From the IMG/VR virus record IMGVR_UViG_3300027976_003475: a stretch of 64,000 bases of DNA; one strand, given 5' to 3'. Under the pieces are notes generated by a model. The model had not been told where the DNA came from, made no database searches, and was given only the letters and a program-made list of their open reading frames with translations. The DNA comes from a virus. Shown piece after piece: positions 1-10,900 of the stretch; position 1 is the stretch's first letter, and each line of letters opens with the position of its first letter. Both the position numbers and the translations under genes were made by a program.

Positions 1-22
1 CGAGCGCGAGAGCGCGAAGCGC

Positions 23-478
23 GTGATGGACCGCTATCTCGCCCGTTACGGGAGCGAGGTGGAGATTCCCGAGGCCGAGCCCAAGATTCGGCGCGACGTC
101 CACTATGGCAACGCGCACGAGGACGCTCTCTCCATGCACTGCGGGGTGTTCGCCGGGTGCAGCGTGCGGAGCGTCGGGCGCCTGCTGTACGAGGGCACCA
201 GTCGGGAGGCGTTCCGCGGGGACAAAAAGACAACCCGATACGTTGGGCCGGAGTCGGCCGTGCTCTCTGCGGTGGAGCTGTACGAGCACCATCGCACCGC
301 CCTTGCGGAAATCCTCGAGGTCGTTGCAAACGGCTTTCGCTTCGGCGCGATGCCGCTCCCCCCCAAGGAGGCCCGCACAGAGGCGCGCGCTCTGAGCCCC
401 GCGGTTGCGAACGCTCTGCGCGCCGCCGCAGATTTCGGCCGCGCCAGCAAGCCCGTCAAGCGCCTGGGCCCGGCGTGA
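23..478 (+). CDS. Hypothetical protein
   Basis: Protein-like ORF, GTGA-coupled to the next gene. Confidence 0.6.
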   Translation: MMDRYLARYGSEVEIPEAEPKIRRDVHYGNAHEDALSMHCGVFAGCSVRSVGRLLYEGTSREAFRGDKKTTRYVGPESAVLSAVELYEHHRTALAEILEVVANGFRFGAMPLPPKEARTEARALSPAVANALRAAADFGRASKPVKRLGPA

Positions 479-762
479 ACGCCGACGCGGACGACTACGC
501 GGACGACTACGCGCTGGACGCCGCGCTGGACGCCGCGCCGTCTGAGACGCTCGATGAGTGGTTGGTGGGAAAGCTGCGGTGTGCGCTCGATGCCGAAATG
601 CGCGCGGCGGGCGCCCTCTTCGAGATCGACATGGAGGCGCGATCGTGCGTGGTACGGCTGCCCGACGTGCCGCCGGTGGAGTTCGTTCGATGGATGGCGG
701 CCTCCGCGATTCTCGCGGGGGCGGAATGGGTCCGCGCGGCGCGGGCGGAGAAGAGGCGGTGA
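475..762 (+). CDS. Hypothetical protein
   Basis: GTG start overlapping upstream TGA; acidic N-terminus. Confidence 0.55.
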   Translation: MNADADDYADDYALDAALDAAPSETLDEWLVGKLRCALDAEMRAAGALFEIDMEARSCVVRLPDVPPVEFVRWMAASAILAGAEWVRAARAEKRR

Positions 763-935
763 TGATGGCGACAAGACTGGTGAGGTGCGCGCGTGTTTTG
801 GCGCTGCTGTGCGGCGGGTGCGGCGGGCCGGTTCCGACAGCGGGATCGCAGGTGGTGCGCGCGGAGGTGCCCGGCGCGGCCGTGTCGGTCCTGTCGGTGG
901 ACGGCGCGGCCGTCGTCTGGATCGTTGACCGATGA
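762..935 (+). CDS. Small putative lipoprotein
   Basis: Hydrophobic N-terminus followed by LLCGGC; coupled to its neighbours. Confidence 0.45.
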   Translation: MMATRLVRCARVLALLCGGCGGPVPTAGSQVVRAEVPGAAVSVLSVDGAAVVWIVDR

Positions 936-1120
936 GCGCCCGTCATGTGTGGGTGCCTGAGCCGTCGGTGGGCGACAGCGCCCGCTCGAAGTGCTCGCGG
1001 TGCGGTGTGCTGCGGCGGGTGCGGTTTTCAATCACGGCGGGATACACCCGCGAATGGTCCGCGGCGCCCGAGGGCCCGTGGGATGTGACTGTCAGGGAAT
1101 GCGACAAGGAGCAACGATGA
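932..1120 (+). CDS. Small Cys-containing hypothetical protein
   Basis: CSRC motif; ATGA overlaps on both sides. Confidence 0.5.
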   Translation: MSARHVWVPEPSVGDSARSKCSRCGVLRRVRFSITAGYTREWSAAPEGPWDVTVRECDKEQR

Positions 1121-2040
1121 CCACCGAATCGAAGCGAGACAAGAGGCCCGCGTGGGCCAAGGCGGGCGATCACCTCGGCGTGGAGGTGACGCGCACGGAC
1201 CTGTATTGGTTCCCGCCGGAGTCCCTGCTGATCGCCGGTATTGACAGCCCGGCAGACGCGACGGACCCCCTCTATGATGAGCGCGTCAAGCTCCCGTTGC
1301 AGGCGAAGTTCGTGGCGAACGTCGACCAGCTCGGCGTGAAGCAGACGGTGACGTGTGTCGTGAAGGAAGGACGTCTGTGGGTGGCGGACGGCCGCCAGCG
1401 CGTCCGCGCCGCGCGCGCCGCCAACGGGCTCCGCGCGCAGCGGGGCGACACGCTGTTGAAGGTCCGGGCGTGCTCGACGCCCGAGACGAGCGCGCAGGAG
1501 GTGTTTCTGCTGGCGCGCTCGCTCAATGCGTTCCGGCAGGATGACGGCCCGCTCGCCGTCGCCCGGAATTTCCTCCGGTCGCGGGATACCTACGGAACCT
1601 CCGCCGACGAGTACGCGACGGCCGAAAACATCGCGAGCGCGACCCTGATTGGGTACGTCACGCTGCTGGATCGCGCGTCCCCGGTGCTGCTCCAGGCGAT
1701 CGACGCGGGCGAGGTGTCGACGACGCGGGCGATGCAGGTGGCGCGGCTCAACCCGGAGGATCAGGCCGCTGCGATCGTCGAGACGATGCGCGACACGGTG
1801 GACGAGACCCGGCGCAAGGTGCGCGAGCGGAAGGCGTCGGCGGCGGGAAAGACCGCCGCGACGCGGTTCACGGGGAAGGAAATCCGGCGCGCTGCGGCTG
1901 CGCTGGCGGACGGCGGCGTGCCCCACATGCCGGGGCCCGCGAAGGCGCTGCTCCAGGCGCTCAACGGCGAGCCCATCCCCGAGGGCGCCCCGGCGTGGCT
2001 CGCGGCCGTTTTTGCAGCGGCGGGACGGGGGGAGCCGTGA
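1117..2040 (+). CDS. ParB/Srx N-terminal domain protein
   Basis: YDERVKLP..FVANVDQLGVKQTV..LWVADGRQRVRAAR resembles the ParB N-domain; AAGGAG RBS. Confidence 0.75.
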   Translation: MTTESKRDKRPAWAKAGDHLGVEVTRTDLYWFPPESLLIAGIDSPADATDPLYDERVKLPLQAKFVANVDQLGVKQTVTCVVKEGRLWVADGRQRVRAARAANGLRAQRGDTLLKVRACSTPETSAQEVFLLARSLNAFRQDDGPLAVARNFLRSRDTYGTSADEYATAENIASATLIGYVTLLDRASPVLLQAIDAGEVSTTRAMQVARLNPEDQAAAIVETMRDTVDETRRKVRERKASAAGKTAATRFTGKEIRRAAAALADGGVPHMPGPAKALLQALNGEPIPEGAPAWLAAVFAAAGRGEP

Positions 2041-2534
2041 ACCCCGTGAACCCCGTGGCGTTCGGGGAGCCCCCGCCCCCACGGTCGCAGTTCGAGCGGG
2101 AAGTGCTCGCGCTGGAGAACACCATCCTCCTGGCCGTGGCCGTGGTGGAAACGGCGCACGACATGGTGGCCGTGGCGGTGCACGTCTACGCCGTGCCCGC
2201 TCGTCGCGTCGTGGAGTCGTTCGGATTGCGTCTGCTGGCCCGCCACGGGGGCCACATGGCCGACGAGGTGGCCGCGCTCGCGGAAATCCTACCGGCAGTG
2301 CGGCAGTGCGGCAGCCGCACGCCGCAACCGGCGGAGGTGGCCGCGCTGGTGGCCCTGACGCACGCCGCGGTCGCGGTCGAGAGCATCGCGGCGGGGGAGA
2401 GCCGCCACCACGCCTTCGCGCTGCGGTTCTTCGAGGCCGCGGCGCGGGTGCACGCGCTCCACGCCCCGGCAGGCAGCGAGAGCGACGCCCAAATGTGCTC
2501 GCGTGCTCGCGTGCTCTTGCGAATCAACCCTTAG
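2037..2534 (+). CDS. Hypothetical protein
   Basis: GTGA overlap with the ParB gene. Confidence 0.55.
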   Translation: MNPVNPVAFGEPPPPRSQFEREVLALENTILLAVAVVETAHDMVAVAVHVYAVPARRVVESFGLRLLARHGGHMADEVAALAEILPAVRQCGSRTPQPAEVAALVALTHAAVAVESIAAGESRHHAFALRFFEAAARVHALHAPAGSESDAQMCSRARVLLRINP

Positions 2535-2657
2535 CGGCGATACAGTACGCGCGGGGCGCCGCCGAACTCGGCGCCCGGATTGCGCGCAGCCCCCCCCCTC
2601 CCCTGCGCGCTCGTTCCGGGCGTCGAGTTCGACGGCGCGCGTTGTGCGAGGGATTCC

Positions 2658-3470
2658 ATGGTCGAAGACCGTACGCTGCCCGCTTTCTGTGAGCTGCTCG
2701 ACGTGATGGTCGATTGGCTCGAAGCCGCCAAAATCGACCACGAGGGCGAGGAGGAGGCGCTTGCGGCCGTGCGGGCCTTCGTCGCGCTCCGCACCGGCGC
2801 CACCGCGCGGCGCCTCGACAGCGCGTGCGCGGCCGTGCATCCGCCCGAGAGCGTCACCGGGGCGCGGCGCGACCTGCGGCGGGCCATCCTGGCGCTTGCG
2901 GGGGCGGCGTGTCTCCCGTCCCCGACGCGCGAACAGCTCGCCGGGGTCGAGCGCGCGCTGATCGCAGGCGCGACTGAGGTAGGACGCGCCGCCGCCGTCC
3001 CCTACCCCGCCCGCGAGGCCCGCGTTGTGCTGGAGCGCGCCCGCCGCGAGGGCCGAAAGACGAGCCGCTACCCGGAGCCGGGGTTCGCGCGGCAGCTCGC
3101 GCTGGGGTGTCTGCTCGCGCAGTACCGCGAGATGGGGCGTCTATCGCAGGCCGCGCTGTGTGACCTCGCGGCGCGCAGCGGGGTGAAGGTGCCGAAGGCG
3201 AGCCTCGCGCGGCTGGAGGCGGGCGTCCCGTGGAAGGGCGCCCCGCTCGATGATCTGGTGACGCTGCTCGGCGGGCGCCCGCTGGAGTTCCGCGAGCGAG
3301 CGGTCAGGGCGCACGACTTCGCGGCCCGCCTCACGCGGCCCATCGGGGTGCAGTCGGAAGTGCGCTGGTTTGCGGAGCTGGTGGCCGTGCACGGCGACAC
3401 CGCCGCGCGTGCGTGCGTGCGGTTTGCGGCAGCCGCCGCGTTGGCGGCGCCGCTCAACGGAGCGGGCTAG
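2658..3470 (+). CDS. Protein with a C-terminal XRE-like HTH
   Basis: YREMGRLSQAALCDL..PKASLARLEAG. Confidence 0.55.
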   Translation: MVEDRTLPAFCELLDVMVDWLEAAKIDHEGEEEALAAVRAFVALRTGATARRLDSACAAVHPPESVTGARRDLRRAILALAGAACLPSPTREQLAGVERALIAGATEVGRAAAVPYPAREARVVLERARREGRKTSRYPEPGFARQLALGCLLAQYREMGRLSQAALCDLAARSGVKVPKASLARLEAGVPWKGAPLDDLVTLLGGRPLEFRERAVRAHDFAARLTRPIGVQSEVRWFAELVAVHGDTAARACVRFAAAAALAAPLNGAG

Positions 3471-4024
3471 AGGCGCCCCAGGCGCTCCTGCACCGCTCGC
3501 TCGGCCCGGCGGAGGGTCTGCACCGCAGCGGCTCCCAGCGAGCGCCACAGGGCGCCCGCGGCGGCCCCCACGGTGTCGGTCGAGCGGAGGGCGCTCTCGT
3601 CGACCCACCCGGCCCCGATCACCCTGGACTGCTCGCGGTCGCCCTGGCCCGGCGCGCGCCCCTCGAAGCCCGGCACCTTGAGCGCCGGTTCGAGGTAGCC
3701 CTCCGCGATCTCCACCCGGCTCCCACGCTGGCGCACCGGGTCCGTTGCGTTGGGGGGCGGCGGGAGCGGGTTCGCGTCCGGCGGGTTCGCGTCCGCCACG
3801 CCCCACACCTCGATCCGCCAGCCGGAGCGGCGCACCCACACCGGCGTTCCGTCGATCTTGTGGCGCGCGGTGTGGCCGTCAGGCCAGCAATCGCACTGTG
3901 CCATCCCCACGGCGTTGAAAATCTCCAGCGGCGCGATCAGCGCCGCGCCGCCATGCGCGGTAATCGTGAACTCGTCGATGGCCGACGCGATTGCTACGCC
4001 AGCGAACTGCGTGAACTTCATCAT
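3467..4024 (-). CDS. Hypothetical protein (full-length copy)
   Basis: ATG with GAGG RBS; N-terminal 36 codons duplicated at 4473-4581. Confidence 0.6.
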   Translation of the reverse strand: MMKFTQFAGVAIASAIDEFTITAHGGAALIAPLEIFNAVGMAQCDCWPDGHTARHKIDGTPVWVRRSGWRIEVWGVADANPPDANPLPPPPNATDPVRQRGSRVEIAEGYLEPALKVPGFEGRAPGQGDREQSRVIGAGWVDESALRSTDTVGAAAGALWRSLGAAAVQTLRRAERAVQERLGRL

Positions 4025-4069
4025 CCCTCTACCTCCGCGGACGGCTGTACCGCGGACGGGCGGGAGCGG

Positions 4070-4366
4070 TCAACGCGAGCGCGTGGCCGTGACGTGGATT
4101 TTCAGCGGAGGCTCCTCCGCCTCGCGCCCCTTGGCCTTCGACGCCGCGAGCGACTGCGCGCCCCGGTGAGCGCGCCCCGCGAGGTCGACCGCGACCCGCC
4201 CAAGCGCGGCGGCGGCGCCCACCGTCTCGCGAATCTCGCCCTCGACGCGCCCCGCAAGCTCGCCCGCCTCCTGGCCGACAGCCGTGGCAGCGTCCAGTGC
4301 GGCGTGCACCTCCCTGATCGTCGCGCGCGCCTTCGCAAGATCGCGCAGCATGGACTTGACGCTCAC
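4070..4366 (-). CDS. Hypothetical helical protein, copy 1
   Basis: GTG start after GAGGTG; identical to 4627-4923. Confidence 0.55.
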   Translation of the reverse strand: MSVKSMLRDLAKARATIREVHAALDAATAVGQEAGELAGRVEGEIRETVGAAAALGRVAVDLAGRAHRGAQSLAASKAKGREAEEPPLKIHVTATRSR

Positions 4367-4581
4367 GGGCACCTCTTGCCGTGGCTCCGGCCGTGGCCGC
4401 CGCGGCGCGTACTGGCGCGGCACTTCCGCGCGTGGCTCCGGCCGTGGCGCCGGTTGCTCTTGCGCCCGCCGGTGAAAATCTCCAGCGGCGCGATCAGCGC
4501 CGCGCCGCCATGCGCGGTAATCGTGAACTCGTCGATGGCCAACGCGATTGCTACGCCAGCGAACTGCGTGAACTTCATCAT
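4363..4581 (-). CDS. Chimeric ORF created at the duplication junction
   Basis: N-terminus of the 3467-4024 protein fused in frame to the RKSN basic tail of 4920-5441. Confidence 0.45.
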   Translation of the reverse strand: MMKFTQFAGVAIALAIDEFTITAHGGAALIAPLEIFTGGRKSNRRHGRSHARKCRASTRRGGHGRSHGKRCP

Positions 4582-4626
4582 CCCTCTACCTCCGCGGACG
4601 GCTGTACCGCGGACGGGCGGGAGCGG

Positions 4627-4923
4627 TCAACGCGAGCGCGTGGCCGTGACGTGGATTTTCAGCGGAGGCTCCTCCGCCTCGCGCCCCTTGGCCTTCGACG
4701 CCGCGAGCGACTGCGCGCCCCGGTGAGCGCGCCCCGCGAGGTCGACCGCGACCCGCCCAAGCGCGGCGGCGGCGCCCACCGTCTCGCGAATCTCGCCCTC
4801 GACGCGCCCCGCAAGCTCGCCCGCCTCCTGGCCGACAGCCGTGGCAGCGTCCAGTGCGGCGTGCACCTCCCTGATCGTCGCGCGCGCCTTCGCAAGATCG
4901 CGCAGCATGGACTTGACGCTCAC
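4627..4923 (-). CDS. Hypothetical helical protein, copy 2
   Basis: GTGA overlap with the upstream gene. Confidence 0.55.
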   Translation of the reverse strand: MSVKSMLRDLAKARATIREVHAALDAATAVGQEAGELAGRVEGEIRETVGAAAALGRVAVDLAGRAHRGAQSLAASKAKGREAEEPPLKIHVTATRSR

Positions 4924-5441
4924 GGGCACCTCTTGCCGTGGCTCCGGCCGTGGCCGCCGCGGCGCGTACTGGCGCGGCACTTCCGCGCGTGGCTCCGGCC
5001 GTGGCGCCGGTTGCTCTTGCGCCCGCCGGTGGCCGTGGCCGTGCTCGCGATCACCAGCACCGTCGCGGCGGTGGCGCACCCGAGCACGACCGCCGCGATG
5101 AGCTTGAAAAACCCCGCCGCCCGTTGCTCCGCCGCGCGCGCGGTGGCGCTGGCGTTGCGGATGGCGGCGGCGCCCTCCGAGATGCCTTGGCCGACGCGCC
5201 CGATGTTCGGCCCGATGGTCTGCACCCCCTGCGCGAAGCGCGGCGCTGCCTGCCCCACCTGCTGCGCCCCCTGCCCCACCTGCTGCGCGCCCCGCGTGAC
5301 GGTGGGTGCGTTGCGGTCGAGCGTGGCCGACGAGCGCGCAAGCGCCTCGCTCGCCCGCTGCGCGGCGGCGCTTGCGCGGGCCGCATCGGCTCGGATCGAT
5401 TCCATCGCCGCGGCGACTTCGGAGGGCACAATAGAGCTCAT
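4920..5441 (-). CDS. Membrane-anchored protein with basic tail (putative virion protein)
   Basis: Amphipathic GAQQVGQ repeats, TM LIAAVVLGCATAATVLVIA, then GGRKSNRRHGR; TAAGGA RBS. Confidence 0.65.
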   Translation of the reverse strand: MSSIVPSEVAAAMESIRADAARASAAAQRASEALARSSATLDRNAPTVTRGAQQVGQGAQQVGQAAPRFAQGVQTIGPNIGRVGQGISEGAAAIRNASATARAAEQRAAGFFKLIAAVVLGCATAATVLVIASTATATGGRKSNRRHGRSHARKCRASTRRGGHGRSHGKRCP

Positions 5442-5472
5442 GGCGGGGGCATTCCTTACGGGGTCTTGGGGT

Positions 5473-5790
5473 CTATGGGCAGCGACCATCGGTGCGCGTG
5501 CGAAGCGCCGCGGTCTGCATCAGCGCGCAGAACTTCGCAAGCTCCCGCTCGCCGTAGGAGGCCAAAAGCAACGGGTCGAGCGGGCTGCTGAGGTTCCCTT
5601 GCGTCTGCGCGAGCCGGATGAACTGCGCGGCGCCCTCCGCGACCACGGCACCCACGGCGGCGCGACGCACCAGGGCGTGCGCGTCACGCTCCCCCAGGAG
5701 GAGCTGCCCCGTCGCGAGCGACCCAAAGGAAATCACGAGGCGCAGCCCCGAGCCGCGCAGCGCTGCAACGGAGTTTTCGCCGGTCGCCAT
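5473..5790 (-). CDS. Hypothetical protein
   Basis: Protein-like ORF within the minus-strand operon. Confidence 0.45.
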   Translation of the reverse strand: MATGENSVAALRGSGLRLVISFGSLATGQLLLGERDAHALVRRAAVGAVVAEGAAQFIRLAQTQGNLSSPLDPLLLASYGERELAKFCALMQTAALRTRTDGRCP

Positions 5791-5802
5791 CGCCCTCCGA
5801 CG

Positions 5803-6138
5803 TTACAGCGTTGCGGGGGGCGCGTCGAGCACCAGCACGGCCTGCGGCGCCACGACCAGCATTCGGAGGTGCCGCGGCGCCCGCGGCAGAAGCAGGCGCT
5901 CCACGACGCGCTCGACTTCGGCGCGGCCTTCTCCGCGGGCCGCCGCCGTCATCGCCGCGAGGGGCGCAGCGCGATCCGCGAGACCGATCTGAAAGTTGCC
6001 CCCTTGCACCGTCACGAGTCCCGTGTAGTCGTCGGGGTCGTTGGCGCCGACCATCGCCCACACCCGCGCGCACAGGTCTGCGAACACGGGGCGAAACTGA
6101 GGCGTCAGGTCTTCGATGCGGTCGAGCGTGGTGGTCAT
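5803..6138 (-). CDS. Hypothetical protein
   Basis: ATGA overlap; GAAGGG RBS. Confidence 0.55.
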   Translation of the reverse strand: MTTTLDRIEDLTPQFRPVFADLCARVWAMVGANDPDDYTGLVTVQGGNFQIGLADRAAPLAAMTAAARGEGRAEVERVVERLLLPRAPRHLRMLVVAPQAVLVLDAPPATL

Positions 6139-7670
6139 CGGTCCCTTCCCGTCGTGTCGTTGCGCTTGCGGCGCGGCTTGGCCTTGGCCTTCATTGCGTG
6201 GTGAATGGTCAGCCCTCGGGCCTTCATTTGCTGGTGCGCCCACATCACATGCGCGGGATTGCCAGACTCATGCGCCTCAAGGTGCGCCGTGTCCCAAAAG
6301 TTATTGTCGAGTGCCCACATCGCGTCGAAGTCACTGTGCAGCGTAATCAACGGCTCCAAACGCCCGAAGATCACCAGCGCTTCGTCGGTATTGGCCCGCT
6401 CGTGCGCGTTCACAAACGCCCGAAAGAGCTGCATGACGCCCGCGGTGGCCTGCCCCCTGCCGGTGGGCAACCCCCCCACCTCCGCCTCGGCTTTGAGGTC
6501 ACAGGCGGCCCACTGGCCGTGCATCGGGTGCCGTTGCTCGTGCGCGTTCACGGCGTCCACCCACGCGCGCGAGCCGTGCGGGGTCTCCGGGTCTTCGCCG
6601 ACCTGGGCCTGCAACCGCAGTCGCTCCTGCGAGACCGGGTGATAGAAGCAGCACGCCACGCTTCCGGGGGCGTGGTCGTCGGTGGTTTCGTAGGGCCCAA
6701 GCGGGGGCATTCCCCCGATGCGCCATTCTGTCCGTTGGTCGTCGCTGATTCGATGGGGGCAGCGCACCCGCACGGCGGCGCACTCCCCCGACGGCTCGCG
6801 CTCCTGCTCGATCGCGTCGAGCACCCGGTCGCACTCCGAACCCGGCTCCACGGTGCCCGCGGGGGCGTCGCACACCTCGCGCAGCACCGCGCGCGCGACG
6901 TCCAGGGCCACGGCCGCCTCGCCCTCCACCCGCCGATACCATCGGGTGCGGCCGGGGGTGTCGCGCTCGATGGCGACGTAGCGCTCCCGAAACAGCGCGT
7001 CGAGGAGCTTCGTCACCGGCGCCGACAGCGTTTCGGGCTTGCCACGCGGCGCTGGAACAACAAAGCGTTCGATCAGCTCGGCCGCGTGCCGATGCTGCCC
7101 CACCATCCGCCGAAACGTGGCCGCGCTGCGGTCCACCGGCTCCCGCGCGTCGGCGGCGAGGTATGCGTCTTGGATCGCCTGGAGAACGGGCGAAAGGGGC
7201 GGCCCGCGCCCCGGCCGACGCCCTTCGGCGTCCCGCGCCGCCGTCGCGAGGCACCGCGCGTGCTCCATGGAGCGGTACGCCAGCGCGCCGAACGGCGACA
7301 GCTCCACCCGCTGCGCCGGAGGCCGCGTGCCGCGGAACCCAACGGCCACGAGGGCGCCCAGGTGCTCCTCCAGCGCCGCGCGGCGCGAAGGCACCGCGAG
7401 CACGGTGTCGGTGAGCGCGCGGCGCACTTCCGGGGCGACCGCGCCCGGCAGCTCGAACCGACCCCGCGCGGCGTTCCACGTCGCCGGGCCGGTGGGCGCC
7501 CACCCGCGGCCGTCGTAGCGGTAAAGCGTCCCGGTGGCCTCACCAGGGCGTTGCTGCACCGCCCACGACCCGAACACCGGGTCATCGGCCTGCACGACCA
7601 CCGCGGCCCGGTGGTTGGCGCCGGAGGCGTCGTTGCGGCGTCGTTGCGGCGGCGTCGCCCTCACGGCCAC
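6135..7670 (-). CDS. Hypothetical protein with RRN/KRN motifs at both termini
   Basis: 511-aa ORF; begins QRRRNDASG, ends KAKPRRKRNDTTGRDR. Confidence 0.7.
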   Translation of the reverse strand: MAVRATPPQRRRNDASGANHRAAVVVQADDPVFGSWAVQQRPGEATGTLYRYDGRGWAPTGPATWNAARGRFELPGAVAPEVRRALTDTVLAVPSRRAALEEHLGALVAVGFRGTRPPAQRVELSPFGALAYRSMEHARCLATAARDAEGRRPGRGPPLSPVLQAIQDAYLAADAREPVDRSAATFRRMVGQHRHAAELIERFVVPAPRGKPETLSAPVTKLLDALFRERYVAIERDTPGRTRWYRRVEGEAAVALDVARAVLREVCDAPAGTVEPGSECDRVLDAIEQEREPSGECAAVRVRCPHRISDDQRTEWRIGGMPPLGPYETTDDHAPGSVACCFYHPVSQERLRLQAQVGEDPETPHGSRAWVDAVNAHEQRHPMHGQWAACDLKAEAEVGGLPTGRGQATAGVMQLFRAFVNAHERANTDEALVIFGRLEPLITLHSDFDAMWALDNNFWDTAHLEAHESGNPAHVMWAHQQMKARGLTIHHAMKAKAKPRRKRNDTTGRDR

Positions 7671-7894
7671 TGCTCGCTCCGCAGGAGCTTCGTGCTTATC
7701 ACGACGGGCAAGTCCACGCCTTCAAGGTGCCAGAACTCCACGCCGCCGTTCGGCAGCAAGTACCCCCACAGAAGCACCCACGCCCCGCCGACGCGGCGCC
7801 GAAACCACTGGAACTCCCGCAGCGGCAGGCATTGGTCGATCCACAGGAGCCACGCGCTAGGATGCCGCGGCGGGGAACGGTAGGGCGTTGTCAC
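7661..7894 (-). CDS. Small Trp-rich hypothetical protein
   Basis: GTG start; overlaps the downstream gene start. Confidence 0.4.
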   Translation of the reverse strand: MTTPYRSPPRHPSAWLLWIDQCLPLREFQWFRRRVGGAWVLLWGYLLPNGGVEFWHLEGVDLPVVISTKLLRSEQWP

Positions 7895-7931
7895 CCGCCC
7901 ACGATACACCAGGGCAGCGGGGGCGGGTAGA

Positions 7932-10900
7932 TCACCGCCCGCGGCGGCGCGGCGGCGCGGCGGGGGCGCGGGGGCGCGGGTTACTCTTCGGGGTGCCGTC
8001 GAGCGCGGGAGGCAGCCCGACCTGTGTGTGCTTGTATCGGCTTGCGATGCGGACGGCCATCCGCCACTCGTCGTCGCGCAGCGCGCCGACCATGGCTTTC
8101 GCTTCCAGGGCGTGCCCGATGGCGGAATCCGCCGCCGAGAAACCCATATCGTTGCGGTATCTCGCGAGGTCCGCGTCCGACTCCGACAGGATCGACAGCC
8201 CTCGCGAGGCCCACACCTCGACGGCGTTGCGCGGCCCGCGCATGGGGCTTCCGGCGCGGACGATCGAACGGTGCGCCGTGCCCGCAATCTTGATTGCCAC
8301 GGCCACGGCGGCCCGCGCCTTGGACTCCGACAGGCCCTCCGCATGGCGCTTCACGACATGCTCGATGATGGACAGGTCGTAGGGGTTCAGTGGGTTCATG
8401 CTCCGCTTGTCGCGGGCGTATTGCAGGATGACCTGCACTGCCCACTCCTCGGGGGAGAGGTCGTCGCCGTCGCGCGGCTTGCGCGGCTTGCGGACGCCGC
8501 CCACCACCGTCTCATCGTCGGGACGGGGATACCAGTCCGGGCGCCGCGGCTCCTCCGTATCGAACGTCATCGCGCCGCGCGCGGTGTCCAGCACGGCCGT
8601 CGAGTGCGCCTGCTTCTCGATGATCGCCTCCACGAGCTTGCTGTCCAGCGAGCCGTCCACGATCAGGTGTTGGATCAGCACCGGCTCGGTCTGCCCGATG
8701 CGGTGCACGCGATCCTCCGCCTGCGAGACGTTGCCGGGCACCCAATCAAGCTCCGCAAAGACGAGGTTGTGGGCGCGCGTGAGGGTGATGCCGACGCCGC
8801 TCGCGAGGATGCTGCCCACGAACACCCGGCACTTGGGGTCGTGCGGCTGCGACTTGCCGCCCCCGAGGTCGAGGCCCTGGAACTTCACCACCGCTTCGTC
8901 CTTGGCCTGGGGCGCCAGTCCGCCGGTGTGCAGCACCGTACTCCCGGCGCCGAACCGGGCCGTAAACGCCTTCACCAGTGCGTTCTGCACTTCATGGTGG
9001 TGGGCCATCACCACGACGGCCTCAATGCCGTTCTCCATCAGATTCTCAACGTGCTCGACGACGTACGGAACTTTGGCGACTGCGATGTTGCGGCGGGCGC
9101 GCGAAATCTCGCTGATATGGTACGTCTCGCGCGGCAGCTTCAAGAGCTCTGCGGCGGCGGCCTGATAGCCCGCTTCGTCCTTCGCCTCAATCGCCGCGCT
9201 CATCCGCTCGCGGATGCCCTCCGCGGCCTCCATCAGCGCCTCGTACTGCTCGGCCTCCATGTCGATGTCAACGCCCGCGTCTTCGAGGATGCTCGATGGC
9301 AGCATTACGATCTGGCGCATCTTGGCCGGGAGGTCTTTGAGCACGTCGCGCTTCAATCGGCGCACCATCATCGTCCCGCGGAGGAGCTCGAACAGCTCGC
9401 CGGTGTTCGACGCGCCCTTGAACTCCCACCCGTTCGTGTAGCTATTGCGCTGGGGGTCGCAGTAGCGGAACGCGAACGCGAAGAAGTTATCAAACACCGC
9501 GGGCGCGAGGTCGTGGATGTAAGGCCACATCTCGACGACGCGGTTGGGCATGGGCGTGCCCGTCAAGTAGATGCGCGCCCGCGACCGCTGGGAGAGACCG
9601 GGCTTGGTGACGGAGTGCCTGCGCGTGGTCTTGTCGTACGCCTGGAGCCCGAGGATGGACACGGAGCTCTTCTGCTGCTCCTGGCCTGAGCCTTTGATTT
9701 TGTGCACCTCGTCGACCACCAACAGCCCCCACTCCCGCGCCATGAGGTCGCGGAGGATCAGGCTCGGCCTGACGCGCTTGGTGGGCGTCCCTTCGAGCAC
9801 GTCACCGCGTCGGCTGTGCCCACGATGCTCGTCGGGCAGCACCGCGGCCCGCATCGGCTTCCAGCTCGCGTCGCAGAGCTCGTACTGCGGCGCCTTCGAG
9901 CGACGCCCGCGCTTCTCCCACCAATAGGAAAGGGTCTGCTGCGTCCCGAGAACCGACGTCTGGCGGTACGGCTCGCCGTAGCGGGAGAACTCCAGCGCGG
10001 CCTCCCGCGCCTTGTCCTCGCGCCCGAAACGGACGTCGGGCACCACCCGCCCGTTGACCGTATTGCGGACCCCGTACCAGAGCTTGTCGCCGCGCTTCAC
10101 CGCCGGAAGAAGCACGACGTCGTGCACCTGCTCCACGGGGCCAAAGTCCGTTTCCTTGAACTCGACGTCAATCAGCTTCTCGTAGTTGACAATCACGAAG
10201 TTCGCCCACGGAGGGACGGGCGCTTCGGTGTCGTCAGCGACGTAGATCGCGAACGGCCGCGCGAGCCAGCGCTCCGCCTCGCGCTTCCAGTTGGTGAGGA
10301 GCGATGCCGGGGCCACCACGACCACGGAGTCCACGTCGGGCCGGTTGTTGACATAGCCGAGAGCCTGGATCGTCTTCCCGAGGCCCGGCTCATCCGCGAT
10401 CAGGGTGCCGTTGCGCTGCATCGCGTACGCGATGCCGGGGCACTGAAACGGCAGGTACGTTTTACCGGGCGGCGCGATCAGCACCCCGCATGTCTCCCCG
10501 GTCGCAATGGCCGAGCCCGCAATGCCCGAGCCCAGCGCCGCGGCTTCGGCCACGATGTCGTCGGGAATGTCGAACTTGGCCGACAAGTTCGATCGGATAA
10601 GCGTGTAGACCGGGACGATGGTGGCCGCGATCATGCGGACCCCGTGCGGCTCGAACCCGAGGTCTTTCAGCGGCGCCTTCAACCCCTGCACCGCCCACTC
10701 CGGGCCGCCGACGGTGAAGCCCTTGTGACCGACATTGCGGGTGATGGTCAGGCGCGGCACCTCGCCCGGCGCGAGCCCGAGGCCCGTGTCGGCCACGAAC
10801 AGCGCCCACGCGCGCGGCGTCAGGTACAGGTCCGTCTTGAGCTGCGCCATCAGCTCCGCGATGCCCGTGGGGTGGTTGGACGCCCACGGAAGCCACTTGC

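Larger units (their letters stand above)
3916..5031. repeat. 557-bp tandem duplication (copies start at 3916 and 4473)
   Basis: Copies read as identical except one substitution I spotted (gccgacgcg vs gccaacgcg). Confidence 0.95.

Noticed and set aside
9760-10180. Possible intein in the SNF2 insert
   Set aside because: No C/S start with HN-C/S/T end and no LAGLIDADG motifs; treated as an inserted domain
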